DNA of 32,000 bases from Bacillus subtilis subsp. subtilis str. 168 (GTDB lineage Bacteria; Bacillota; Bacilli; Bacillales; Bacillaceae): contig NC_000964.3 of NCBI RefSeq assembly GCF_000009045.1, forward strand, positions 3,240,001 through 3,272,000, in the 5' to 3' direction. Below are positions 9,769-18,061 of the stretch, in pieces; the first letter of the stretch is position 1, and each line of letters opens with the position of its first letter. The notes beneath the pieces are model-generated. The model was not told the origin of the DNA. It saw only the letters and a list, made by a program, of their open reading frames with translations, and ran no database searches. The translations under genes were made by a program, and so were the position numbers.

Positions 9769-11242
9769 TTTTGTTATTTTGCCAATCCTGATCCCGCTTT
9801 TGTCGGCTATTCTTCTGATTTTCATGACGAAGAATCTTATGCTCATGAGAATCTTCAGCACGGCGGCATCGGCCATCGGGATTGTGATTAGCGGCATACT
9901 TGTACAGACTGTCTTCACAAAAGGCATCCAGACACTCAGCCTAGGCGGATGGAAAGCGCCGTACGGCATTGTGCTTGCCGCAGACCAATTCGCCAGCCTT
10001 CTCGTTCTCACAACAGCGATCATCGGTTTATTGGTTGGGCTTTATTCCTTCCGTTCTGTCGGTGAAAAACGGGAGCGCTCCTTTTACTACTCCGGCGTTC
10101 AGTTCTTGCTTGCCGGCGTCAGCGGAGCGTTTTTAACAGGCGATTTATTTAATATGTACGTATTTTTTGAGCTTCTGCTTATTGCTTCCTATATGCTGAT
10201 TGTATTAGGCGGCACAAAAATTCAGCTGCGGGAATCCCTTAAATATATTGTGTTTAATATTGTATCGTCTGCCCTGTTTGTCATAGGGGTCGGCTTTTTA
10301 TACGCTGTAACCGGTACGTTAAACATGGCGGATCTTAGCGTGAAAATCAGCGAATCAGGACAAACCGGGCTGATCACTGTGATTGGTGTCCTGCTGCTTT
10401 TGGTATTTGGCATGAAGGGCGGAATCTTCCCCCTCTACTTTTGGCTTCCAGGCTCTTATTACGCGCCACCGGCGGCAATCTCCGCGTTGTTCGGCGCTTT
10501 GCTGACAAAAGTCGGGTTATATGCGATTACGAGGGTTTTCACATTGATTTTTATTCACGATACAGCCTTTACCCATCAGTTGATGATTTGGCTGGCGGCG
10601 CTGACTGTGATTTTTGGTGTGATCGGTTCACTCGCTTATTCGAATGTCATGAAAATTGTGATCTATAACATTATTACCGCTGTCGGCGTGATTTTGTTCG
10701 GTGTGGCAGTACACACCCCCGCATCCATTCAGGGCGCGATCTACTATCTGATTCACGATATGCTGATTAAGGGCGCTTTGTTCATGCTGGCAGGTACGCT
10801 GATCGCATTGACTGGAACCGCGAGCCTGCATAAAATGGGCGGGCTGATCAAACGCTATCCTGTTCTTGGATGGATGTTTTTCATTTCCGCTATTTCTCTT
10901 GCAGGCATTCCGCCACTGAGCGGATTTGTCGGCAAATTTAAAATTGCAGAGGGCGGCTTCGCAGAAGGTGAATTTACGATATCCATGCTGATTCTGCTTT
11001 CGAGTCTGCTTGTACTGTACTCTGTGCTGAGGATCTTTATACATGCGTTTTGGGGCGAAGAAAAAGAAACGCCAAAACCAAATCATCGAACAGCTAAAGG
11101 ACTTCTTTATCCGGCAGCTATTTTTCTCTTGCTGTCCCTTCTCTTCGGATTGGGTACAGAATGGGTGTCGCCTTACGTTGATCAAGCGGCCGAGACGCTG
11201 CTGAATCCGGAAAAATATATCGAAGCTGTTCTGAAGGAGTAG
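9761..11242 (+). CDS. mrpD: Mrp Na+/H+ antiporter subunit D (NuoM/N-like)
   Basis: 493 aa from MNNFVILPILIPLLSA; FPLYFWLPGSYYAPPAAISALFGALLTKVGLYA. The ORF track start at 9752 is 3 codons upstream; 9761 is better supported by SD spacing (AGGGGA at 9745-9750). Confidence 0.93.
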   Translation: MNNFVILPILIPLLSAILLIFMTKNLMLMRIFSTAASAIGIVISGILVQTVFTKGIQTLSLGGWKAPYGIVLAADQFASLLVLTTAIIGLLVGLYSFRSVGEKRERSFYYSGVQFLLAGVSGAFLTGDLFNMYVFFELLLIASYMLIVLGGTKIQLRESLKYIVFNIVSSALFVIGVGFLYAVTGTLNMADLSVKISESGQTGLITVIGVLLLLVFGMKGGIFPLYFWLPGSYYAPPAAISALFGALLTKVGLYAITRVFTLIFIHDTAFTHQLMIWLAALTVIFGVIGSLAYSNVMKIVIYNIITAVGVILFGVAVHTPASIQGAIYYLIHDMLIKGALFMLAGTLIALTGTASLHKMGGLIKRYPVLGWMFFISAISLAGIPPLSGFVGKFKIAEGGFAEGEFTISMLILLSSLLVLYSVLRIFIHAFWGEEKETPKPNHRTAKGLLYPAAIFLLLSLLFGLGTEWVSPYVDQAAETLLNPEKYIEAVLKE

Positions 11243-11247
11243 ATCGC

Positions 11248-11724
11248 ATGGCATTTCAAATTTTATTAAATGTGTTTCTCGCTTTTTGCTGGATGTTCTT
11301 AAGCAACAGTCCAAGCGCCGCAGGATTCATTACAGGCTATATTCTGGGAATGCTCTCTCTCTTTTTCTTCCGGCGCTTTTTCACTCGCCAGTTTTATCTA
11401 TGGAAATTGATTTCTATTATCAAGCTCTGTTTCATTTTTATAAAGGAACTGTACCTTGCCAATGTCAGTGTGATGAAATCAGTCTTATCTCCAAAACTGA
11501 ATATCAGACCGGGTATTTTTGCTTTTAAAACTGAACTGACGAAGGACTGGGAAATCACCATGCTTTCTCTGCTCATTACATTAACGCCGGGAACCTTGGT
11601 GATGGATATTTCAGATGACAGAACAATACTTTATATTCATGCAATGGATATCGAGGATGCGGAAAAAGCGATTTTTGACATTCGGGAGTCATTTGAAAAA
11701 GCCATACAGGAGGTGAGCCGGTGA
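11248..11724 (+). CDS. mrpE: Mrp Na+/H+ antiporter subunit E
   Basis: 158 aa; LLITLTPGTLVMDISDDRTILYIHAMD. Confidence 0.95.
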   Translation: MAFQILLNVFLAFCWMFLSNSPSAAGFITGYILGMLSLFFFRRFFTRQFYLWKLISIIKLCFIFIKELYLANVSVMKSVLSPKLNIRPGIFAFKTELTKDWEITMLSLLITLTPGTLVMDISDDRTILYIHAMDIEDAEKAIFDIRESFEKAIQEVSR

Positions 11725-12008
11725 TGTTTACGCTGATCCTGCAAATCGCGCTCGGCATTATGGCAGTGTCTACCTTTTTGTATGTCATTCGTGTCATTAA
11801 AGGTCCGACTGTGCCTGACCGGGTCGTGGCTCTGGATGCAATCGGCATCAATCTGATCGCAATCACGGCGCTTGTCTCCATTTTGCTGAAAACAAGTGCG
11901 TTTTTGGATATTATTTTGTTGCTGGGGATTTTATCGTTTATCGGAACGATCGCATTTTCCAAGTTCCTGGAGAAAGGAGAGATTATCGAAAATGATCGAA
12001 ACCGCTAA
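11724..12008 (+). CDS. mrpF: Mrp Na+/H+ antiporter subunit F
   Basis: 94 aa beginning [11 protein letters not shown]; overlaps the mrpE stop as TGATG; [16 protein letters not shown] motif. Confidence 0.94.
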
Positions 12009-12366
12009 GGTCGTTGTGGCTGTATTCATTTTGCTGGGTGCTCTTATATGCCTCATTGCTTCATTTGGCGTACTTCGCCTTCCCGATGTGTTTACACGCG
12101 CTCATGCTGCTTCTAAAGGCTCAACATTAGGTGTCAATATGATTCTGCTCGGTGTCTTCTTCTATTTGTGGTTTGTGACGGGGGAGCTCTCCGCTAAAAT
12201 CCTGCTTGGGATTCTCTTTATCTTTATTACGTCGCCTATCGGCGGGCACTTGATCTGCCGTGCTGCGTATAACTCCGGCGTCAAGCTTGATGAGAGAAGT
12301 GTGCAAGATGACTATAACGGAATCAGAAACTTTGTGATTAAACGAAAAGAGGATTCTTATTTATAA
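11992..12366 (+). CDS. mrpG: Mrp Na+/H+ antiporter subunit G
   Basis: 124 aa from [16 protein letters not shown], overlapping mrpF by 17 nt; the upstream ORF extension is out-of-frame mrpF sequence. Confidence 0.94.
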
Positions 12367-12372
12367 AAATAA

Positions 12373-12407
12373 GCAGCCGGACAGGCAGAGTTCCGGCTGT
12401 TTTTTTA
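12373..12407 (+). terminator. Terminator of the mrp operon, usable from both strands
   Basis: AGCAGCCGGA...TCCGGCTGTTTTTTTATTTC. Confidence 0.85.
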
Positions 12408-12785
12408 TTTCTTGATGACAGCCAGCGTGCATCTGGATATACAGATCAGCCTCTCTTGCTCGTCATATATGTGAATATGATAGACAATCGTCGTTCTGCC
12501 TATATGAACGGGCTCGGCTATCGCCTTTACCGTTCCTTCCTTTACAGATTTTAAATGGTTGGCGTTAATCTCCAAACCAACACAAGCTTGCGTTGTATGA
12601 TCAATCAGGTTCTGTGCACCTGCGCTCGCCGCGGTTTCCGCCAGGGCCACTGAAGCGCCTCCATGCAAATATCCGAACGGCTGTACCGTCCGATGATCCA
12701 CCGGCATGACCGCAACGCATCGTTCCGCTGTGTTTTCAACAATCTCAATACCAAGCGCTTCAAGCAATGTGTGCTTCATATCCAT
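12405..12785 (-). CDS. yuxO: Hotdog-fold acyl-CoA thioesterase (PaaI/YuxO family; proposed 1,4-dihydroxy-2-naphthoyl-CoA hydrolase)
   Basis: 126 aa MDMKHTLLEALGIEIVENT...; hotdog motif FGYLHGGASVALAETAAS. Immediately downstream of comA. Confidence 0.9.
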   Translation of the reverse strand: MDMKHTLLEALGIEIVENTAERCVAVMPVDHRTVQPFGYLHGGASVALAETAASAGAQNLIDHTTQACVGLEINANHLKSVKEGTVKAIAEPVHIGRTTIVYHIHIYDEQERLICISRCTLAVIKK

Positions 12786-12803
12786 CTCTACACCCCCCAA
12801 CAT

Positions 12804-13448
12804 TTAAAGTACACCGTCTGATTTCGCAATCAAAACCGCTTCCGTCCGTGAACCGACATTCAGCTTATTGAAAATCGATGTCAAGCTGTATTCAATGGAC
12901 CGCTTGCTTAAATGAAGGGCATCTGCGATTTCTTGGTTTGTAAATCCCTTTTCAACTTCTTGAAGAATCAGGCATTCTCTAGGTGTGAGCACATCTTGTT
13001 CTTTTTGAGAGGAAGGAGCCGGCTTTGTTTTTTGCTGAGTCATCAGCTGTTTAAAGTAAGCAAAATCGACTAAAATTTCTCCGTTGAGTACGTGGTATAT
13101 GTATTGGGTGATCTTTTCTTTAGATTCCGTTTTGCTGATGGCACCGTGCAGACCCGCACGAATCGCTTCCTCGAAATAATCCTCGACCTCATAACCGGTA
13201 TACACGATAATTTTACAATGAGGATTCTCTTGTAAAATCTGTTTAGAAAGCTCCATCCCATTGACCTCGCCGCCTAGATTCAGATCCATTAAAATGAGAT
13301 CATATGACGAGAAATCATGCTGCTTGATAAACTGTTCGCTCGGTTCAGGACTGAGACAATCAACAGACAAATTCGAATCCGTTTCCAAAATTGTCTTGGT
13401 GCCTTCCATGACAGCCGGATGGTCATCAATCACTAGTATCTTTTTCAT
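12804..13448 (-). CDS. comA: Competence response regulator (NarL/LuxR-type HTH)
   Basis: 214 aa from MKKILVIDDHPAVMEG; receiver Asp in YDLILMDLNLGG; C-terminal LTPRECLILQEVEKGFTNQEIADALHLSKRSIEYSLTSIFNKL. Confidence 0.97.
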   Translation of the reverse strand: MKKILVIDDHPAVMEGTKTILETDSNLSVDCLSPEPSEQFIKQHDFSSYDLILMDLNLGGEVNGMELSKQILQENPHCKIIVYTGYEVEDYFEEAIRAGLHGAISKTESKEKITQYIYHVLNGEILVDFAYFKQLMTQQKTKPAPSSQKEQDVLTPRECLILQEVEKGFTNQEIADALHLSKRSIEYSLTSIFNKLNVGSRTEAVLIAKSDGVL

Positions 13449-13483
13449 GTTTTCCTCCCTTTTACTCACTCTTTTCCATTTTA

Positions 13484-13510
13484 TAAAAAAGACTTGGCCT
13501 GTGCCAAGTC
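13484..13510 (-). terminator. Intrinsic-terminator-like hairpin between comP and comA
   Basis: Minus strand reads GACTTGGC-acag-GCCAAGTC-TTTTTT: perfect 8-bp stem (13491-13498 / 13503-13510) and T-run. Confidence 0.75.
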
Positions 13511-13528
13511 GTTTCCGTTATAAATCCA

Positions 13529-15838
13529 TTACAATTCGATTTCAATATCAGCCTTAAAGCCCTTTCCTTCACTTGTTTCAATCCGAAGGCGCCCATCTAA
13601 AGCCCTGACTCTCTCCTTAATGCCAGAAAGCCCCATGCTCATGGAATGCTCAGTATTTTTTTCTTGATCAAACCCAACGCCATCGTCCTCATAATGAAGA
13701 ACGATTTTGTTTTGAATACTGATGAGCATAATCAGCACATCCGTCGCCTGAGAGTGCTTGACCGCATTAGACAGAAACTCTTGAATGATCCGGTACAAAT
13801 TCAGCTGCGAATCCAGATCAAGGGAAGCCGTAAATCTCCCGGTATTTAAACGGATATGAAACGGAACCCGCTCCTGCTGCTGCGCCACCAGCTTCGACAG
13901 CGCCTTCACCAATCCAAGATCATACAGAAGCTGCGGCCGCAGCTCATGACACGTCTCCCTCGTCATCGAAATCACATCAGACATCTGCTCATTCATCTGT
14001 ACAAGCTTGTCCTGCACCTCTTCACGGCACGGATTATCATCCTTCTTGAAATCACCCAAAAACAGCTCACACTGGCGTTTTAAGGAAATCAAATCCTGAA
14101 GAACCGAATCGTGGAGATCGCGGGCGAGTCCTGAACGCTGTTTTTCTTCGATTGCAAACATTAGCTTTTTCAGCCAGATGGGGTTGGTTCCCTCTTGTTT
14201 TAAGTCCTTCAAATGTTCCATGAGCTCCTCAATATGCAGGACATTTTCCATGGACACACTTGTATAAAAAGACAGTGTTTTCAGCCACGATATTTCATCA
14301 CGTGTTAGCCGGGGAGTGTTAATATTAGATAAACAAAGCAGAACATAAGAACTACCGCCTCGTTCACCAACTTTCATAAGAAAGCCTTGATTGACTTCTA
14401 TAATTTTCCCAATTTCTGAAGTTACGTTTTCAAATTCCTCTTGATAAAAATTCCAGTCCGGTCCAACTTCATGCTTATCTAAAAATATCACTTTGTGATC
14501 AGGAGTAACCTCAAAGGTATAAGCTTTGCTTACAAGCAAAACATCCAGTATAGTATTTTTCAGTTCTTTAAAAACTTGTTGAAGAGAAGTTACACCCCTC
14601 ATTAGCTGAGTATATTTAAAAATACTGTCCTGATAGTTGAATTTTTCGGAGAAACGTTTTAACCGAAATTTAAAATCCATGACCTCTTTAAAATAAAAGA
14701 CAGCGAACATGACAACGAAAAAAAATACAGTTTGACGCACAGGGTTCATCTGGATGTCCATTACATCAAACAGAACTAATGCACCAACTATTAGAAGAGT
14801 TGGTATCATGGCAAGTAGAGCATAGTATCTCATTCTTCCTAAGATAAACTCTATATCAAACATCTTATTGGCTACAAATTGGTATACTAACCCGAACGGA
14901 ATTAGTACTAGTAATGACGCCGAAGCTAATGCCGGGAAAATATAATTACCTGTAAATATTATTGGAAGAACAAAAAATATCAAAAAAGGCGCAAATGAAA
15001 GAGTGTTTGTTAAAATTAGTAATTTAAGAATAAACGAATGCTCAGCATATTTATATTTATTAAGATGTAAGTATATCGCTGAAAAAGAAAATAGAGTCAA
15101 AGTTGCAAAAGAAACCAAATTAAGAGTTGCTAAAAAATCAATATCTACTTGTAAATAGTCTTGAAAAAACTCAATACCAAGATTAAATATTGGTATGATA
15201 TAAAGAAAAGAAATTCTATTCAAAAAAGTTTTACCTATTTCTCCAAGGTATCTTTGTATAAATTGAAGATAAAGAATAGGAGAAGATATAAAAGTAAACA
15301 AGTTAATATACCGATTGATTATATGTCCTCTAAATGGTCCGCCTGCACTTATATATGCTATCGAAATGTCTAATAACAATAGAATAAGAATATAGGCAGC
15401 AAATGATCTCCTTTTTTTATTTACTTTAAGTATATAAAAAATACATATTATGCTTAAAAAATAAAAAAACAAAGGAAGTACGAACAGAAAAAAACTATAA
15501 GGTCTATTTAGAGTAACTAAATCAAAATCTTTGAGATGAATCTTTTTTCCACTTCTCAAAATATCCAGACTGTTAATATGACTCAAATATCCCCATTTCA
15601 AATGTTTGTCTGAAGGTTTTTCTTTATTAATTTTTAATATGATGTCTCCCTGTCTCAGACCAACAAATTGTCCATATGAAGATTCCGATATTTCTTCTAT
15701 CATAAATTGACTTTTATCATTTTTATGAATCTTAGTCCCAATAATAATTCCATTCATACTGATATAAGTTGTATAGCTTATATAAAGGATACTCAAAACA
15801 ATTACAGCTATTGTGAATTTTTTTATTAAGTTCTTCAA
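13529..15838 (-). CDS. comP: Membrane sensor histidine kinase for ComX
   Basis: 769 aa, multiple N-terminal transmembrane segments, HisKA_3 motif GLARDLHDSVLQDLISLKRQ, ATPase segment HYEDDGVGFD...GLSGIKERVRAL. Confidence 0.96.
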   Translation of the reverse strand: MKNLIKKFTIAVIVLSILYISYTTYISMNGIIIGTKIHKNDKSQFMIEEISESSYGQFVGLRQGDIILKINKEKPSDKHLKWGYLSHINSLDILRSGKKIHLKDFDLVTLNRPYSFFLFVLPLFFYFLSIICIFYILKVNKKRRSFAAYILILLLLDISIAYISAGGPFRGHIINRYINLFTFISSPILYLQFIQRYLGEIGKTFLNRISFLYIIPIFNLGIEFFQDYLQVDIDFLATLNLVSFATLTLFSFSAIYLHLNKYKYAEHSFILKLLILTNTLSFAPFLIFFVLPIIFTGNYIFPALASASLLVLIPFGLVYQFVANKMFDIEFILGRMRYYALLAMIPTLLIVGALVLFDVMDIQMNPVRQTVFFFVVMFAVFYFKEVMDFKFRLKRFSEKFNYQDSIFKYTQLMRGVTSLQQVFKELKNTILDVLLVSKAYTFEVTPDHKVIFLDKHEVGPDWNFYQEEFENVTSEIGKIIEVNQGFLMKVGERGGSSYVLLCLSNINTPRLTRDEISWLKTLSFYTSVSMENVLHIEELMEHLKDLKQEGTNPIWLKKLMFAIEEKQRSGLARDLHDSVLQDLISLKRQCELFLGDFKKDDNPCREEVQDKLVQMNEQMSDVISMTRETCHELRPQLLYDLGLVKALSKLVAQQQERVPFHIRLNTGRFTASLDLDSQLNLYRIIQEFLSNAVKHSQATDVLIMLISIQNKIVLHYEDDGVGFDQEKNTEHSMSMGLSGIKERVRALDGRLRIETSEGKGFKADIEIEL

Positions 15839-15852
15839 TATTAATCCACCTA

Positions 15853-16020
15853 TTAATCACCCCATTGACGGGTTATTGGATCAGCCAGATAATAATCATT
15901 ATAAGCTTTAATTATTGTTTCAGTTTCTTGCACATCAAAACCTATAAGGCAGGCTTCTTTATTTTTCAATTTTTTTAAAGCCTCAGGATAATTTAAAAAG
16001 TAGTTAATTAGGTCTTGCAT
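15853..16020 (-). CDS. comX: ComX pheromone precursor, 168-like pherotype (C-terminus ...[10 protein letters not shown])
   Basis: 55 aa [55 protein letters not shown]; located between comQ and comP. Confidence 0.96.
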
Positions 16021-16907
16021 CTTGTATCCCCCTTTGTATAACTTAATAAGCATTCCTTTATTAGCTCTTTTTTTTCTTTATCTAAATTTAATTGTTCTAT
16101 AGCAGAAATACATTTCTGTTTATATATTTCCAATAATACCGAAATGTATTGAGTAACTCCCGCTTTAATTAATTTTTCTTGGAATTTCTCTTTATCAAGT
16201 AACGATTTATAATATAAGTCTTTATGTGAAATTAAGTATAATAAATCTTCCGAAGCATCATTAAAAAGGCGCTTAAGATATAAGTAAATCAGTGTATGTT
16301 TGTTTTTTTCAATATCACTGCGATTTCCGGATAAAAGAACATAATAATCTCCAGAAATTTGAGCTATAATCCCTTTATAGTAGGAATATCTTTCAACTGT
16401 TTCATTATATTCTCCTGTAGCCAATAAAACACCTGCTACATTTGCTAGTGCAATCAGACTTCCACATTTTAATCTAATTACTTCTAAACTTTCATCTTCT
16501 GTTTTAGATTTATTAGTGATATCGTCATGTTGACCTTGCATGGCCTCGTTTACGTATTTTAAAACATATTTAAAAATTAGAGGATTGTTATTTAATGAAT
16601 AAATACTCGTTAATCCTACTGTATACAAGGAAAGTGCTGCATTTAACGACTCCGAGCGATTAATTTTCATCCATAATGCATGGTGATTATCTTCATCTTC
16701 AAGATCATCCATAATATCTGATGAAAGAATAAGAATTTCTATTCCCGCGCCAAGCCTTGTTGCAACATCTAAATTCTCCCCTCCAAAAACAACATAATGT
16801 AAGATTGTGGATTCAGCAAAGGAGAATGTTTCTTTAGAATCAATAAATGAGTAAAGAAGTTGTGACAAATCCTCGTTAAATATGTTTTGCTCCACAATCT
16901 CCTTCAT
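16008..16907 (-). CDS. comQ: ComX-modifying isoprenyl transferase
   Basis: 299 aa from [16 protein letters not shown] (SD AAGGAG directly upstream); Asp-rich region [18 protein letters not shown] typical of isoprenyl diphosphate synthases. Confidence 0.95.
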
Positions 16908-17065
16908 TTTCTCCTTGATCCGGACAGAATCTAAACATATCTGCTCAATAACGACTTCCCCCCTCCCATTCCATTTTACTAAATGGGACATTTAAAGGAC
17001 AGCAGGTTTTTCGTTTTTTAACAATCATATAATACTTTATCCATTTATTGTATCGGTAGAACGAA

Positions 17066-17092
17066 AAAAAAGACTTGTTTCCAAGTCTTTTT
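17066..17092 (-). terminator. Terminator downstream of degQ
   Basis: Minus strand AAAAAGACTTG-gaaa-CAAGTCTTTTTTTT directly after the degQ TGA. Confidence 0.85.
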
Positions 17093-17232
17093 CACGAAAT
17101 TTTCATTGCATAATTGTATTTATCGAGTTGATCAATGCTTTTGTTAATGTTTCGTAATGAATCTGTCGTTTCTTTAATATCAAGTTCGAGTCGGAATAAC
17201 AATTGTTTTACTTCTTCAAGTTTCTTTTCCAT
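17092..17232 (-). CDS. degQ: DegQ, small regulator stimulating DegS-to-DegU phosphotransfer; absent from the supplied ORF track
   Basis: Manual translation gives 46 aa: MEKKLEEVKQLLFRLELDIKETTDSLRNINKSIDQLDKYNYAMKIS; SD AAGGAG upstream at 17237-17243. Confidence 0.95.
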   Translation of the reverse strand: MEKKLEEVKQLLFRLELDIKETTDSLRNINKSIDQLDKYNYAMKIS

Positions 17233-17262
17233 CGTTTCCACACTCCTTTTTTTGAAAGATCA

Positions 17263-17280
17263 ATGAATTGTGTATGGTGA
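17263..17280 (-). promoter_or_regulatory. Putative degQ -10 region (CATACA on the minus strand)
   Basis: Minus strand reads ...CTCGTTCACCATACACAATTCATTGATC about 40 nt upstream of degQ, downstream of the ComA box. Confidence 0.5.
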
Positions 17281-17361
17281 ACGAGTCCTAGGTATTTGAT
17301 CTGTTACTAATAGTGTGTCTGCTTTCGGCTCATTTTTCACCGAAAAGTATGCAAAAAAGTC

Positions 17362-17377
17362 CTGCGTGACACCGCAA
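17362..17377 (-). promoter_or_regulatory. ComA-binding site upstream of degQ
   Basis: Minus strand TTGCGG-TGTC-ACGCAG compared with the ComA box TTGCGG-N4-CCGCAA: perfect first half, 4 of 6 in the second. Confidence 0.8.
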
Positions 17378-17591
17378 ATCTCAATAGGTCCTTATACTCA
17401 AAGGAATCACAACAAGAACGGGACTATCTTTCTATGCGAAAGAGCGTTTATATGTGCTGAAATTGAGAAAGATTCTTAATCTCCTTGATTTTAACGGGTT
17501 TCGCATTTTCACTAAGCAAGACTATAGTCCTTCATACCGTATTTTCAAAATTGAATATGCGATTCTTGGCGTTTCCTGACCGACAAACACC

Positions 17592-17626
17592 GAAAAAGAC
17601 CGCAACGCTAAAGTTGTGGCCTTTTC
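17592..17626. terminator. Bidirectional terminator-like hairpin between degQ and yuzC
   Basis: GAAAAAGACCGCAAC-gctaaa-GTTGTGGCCTTTTC inverted repeat with A and T flanks. Confidence 0.5.
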
Positions 17627-17631
17627 GCTTT

Positions 17632-17662
17632 GTCATATTCGGCAATTAGGGATCTATACATA
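17632..17662 (+). promoter_or_regulatory. Possible sigma-E-type promoter for yuzC
   Basis: GTCATATT (-35-like) - 15 nt - TATACATA (-10-like); about 30 nt upstream of the yuzC ATG. Confidence 0.35.
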
Positions 17663-17692
17663 TAGAAACATCCTTTTTTGCGAGGTGCTCCC

Positions 17693-18061
17693 ATGAGATA
17701 TCGTTATCCCTGGTTTTACGTGTATCCGTATGAGGTACGCCGTCCGCCCGCTCCTGCCAACAATATTGATACCTTTATCCGTTCAGCGAAGCAGGCCGCA
17801 GGGATATTTGCGGATGCCCAGCTCGTTCTCAGCCGCATTGCGGGCTCGCGGGAGCTTTCGCGCCGCATTCTGACCGCAGCCGAACAGTCTGATAAACAAA
17901 CTATAAGGCGCCTGATCAAACAAATGGGCGTCCGGCATGAAGTGGATACGGTCTTTAATCCCGACGGCATCTATATCAGCCTTATCGGAACGCAAAGCCG
18001 AATGATTCTTGCTTTGCGGTGGTCAGAGGACCGCAATCATTTTGCGTCCATAAGATTATGA
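17693..18061 (+). CDS. yuzC: Uncharacterised protein YuzC
   Basis: 122 aa MRYRYPWFYVYPYEVRRPPAPANNIDTFIRSAKQ, GAGGTG SD; start placed at the second Met of the ORF track entry. Confidence 0.8.
   Translation: MRYRYPWFYVYPYEVRRPPAPANNIDTFIRSAKQAAGIFADAQLVLSRIAGSRELSRRILTAAEQSDKQTIRRLIKQMGVRHEVDTVFNPDGIYISLIGTQSRMILALRWSEDRNHFASIRL

Noticed and set aside
10628-11314. 228-aa minus-strand ORF antisense to mrpD/mrpE
   Set aside because: Composition (RIKKSFSCSMIWFW..., QNKHGYRK) is typical of a shadow ORF; mrpD/E on the plus strand have clear family motifs.
11896-11991. N-terminal extension of mrpG ([11 protein letters not shown]...)
   Set aside because: It is out-of-frame mrpF sequence; the start at 11992 gives the standard 124-aa MrpG.
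15161-15373. Lysine-rich 70-aa plus-strand ORF antisense to comP
   Set aside because: Product of AT-rich antisense sequence in the comP membrane domain; no RBS or homology recognised.
13484-17092. The AT-rich comQXP block considered as a foreign genomic island
   Set aside because: No integrase, tRNA, att repeats or cargo; it is the known polymorphic quorum-sensing cassette.
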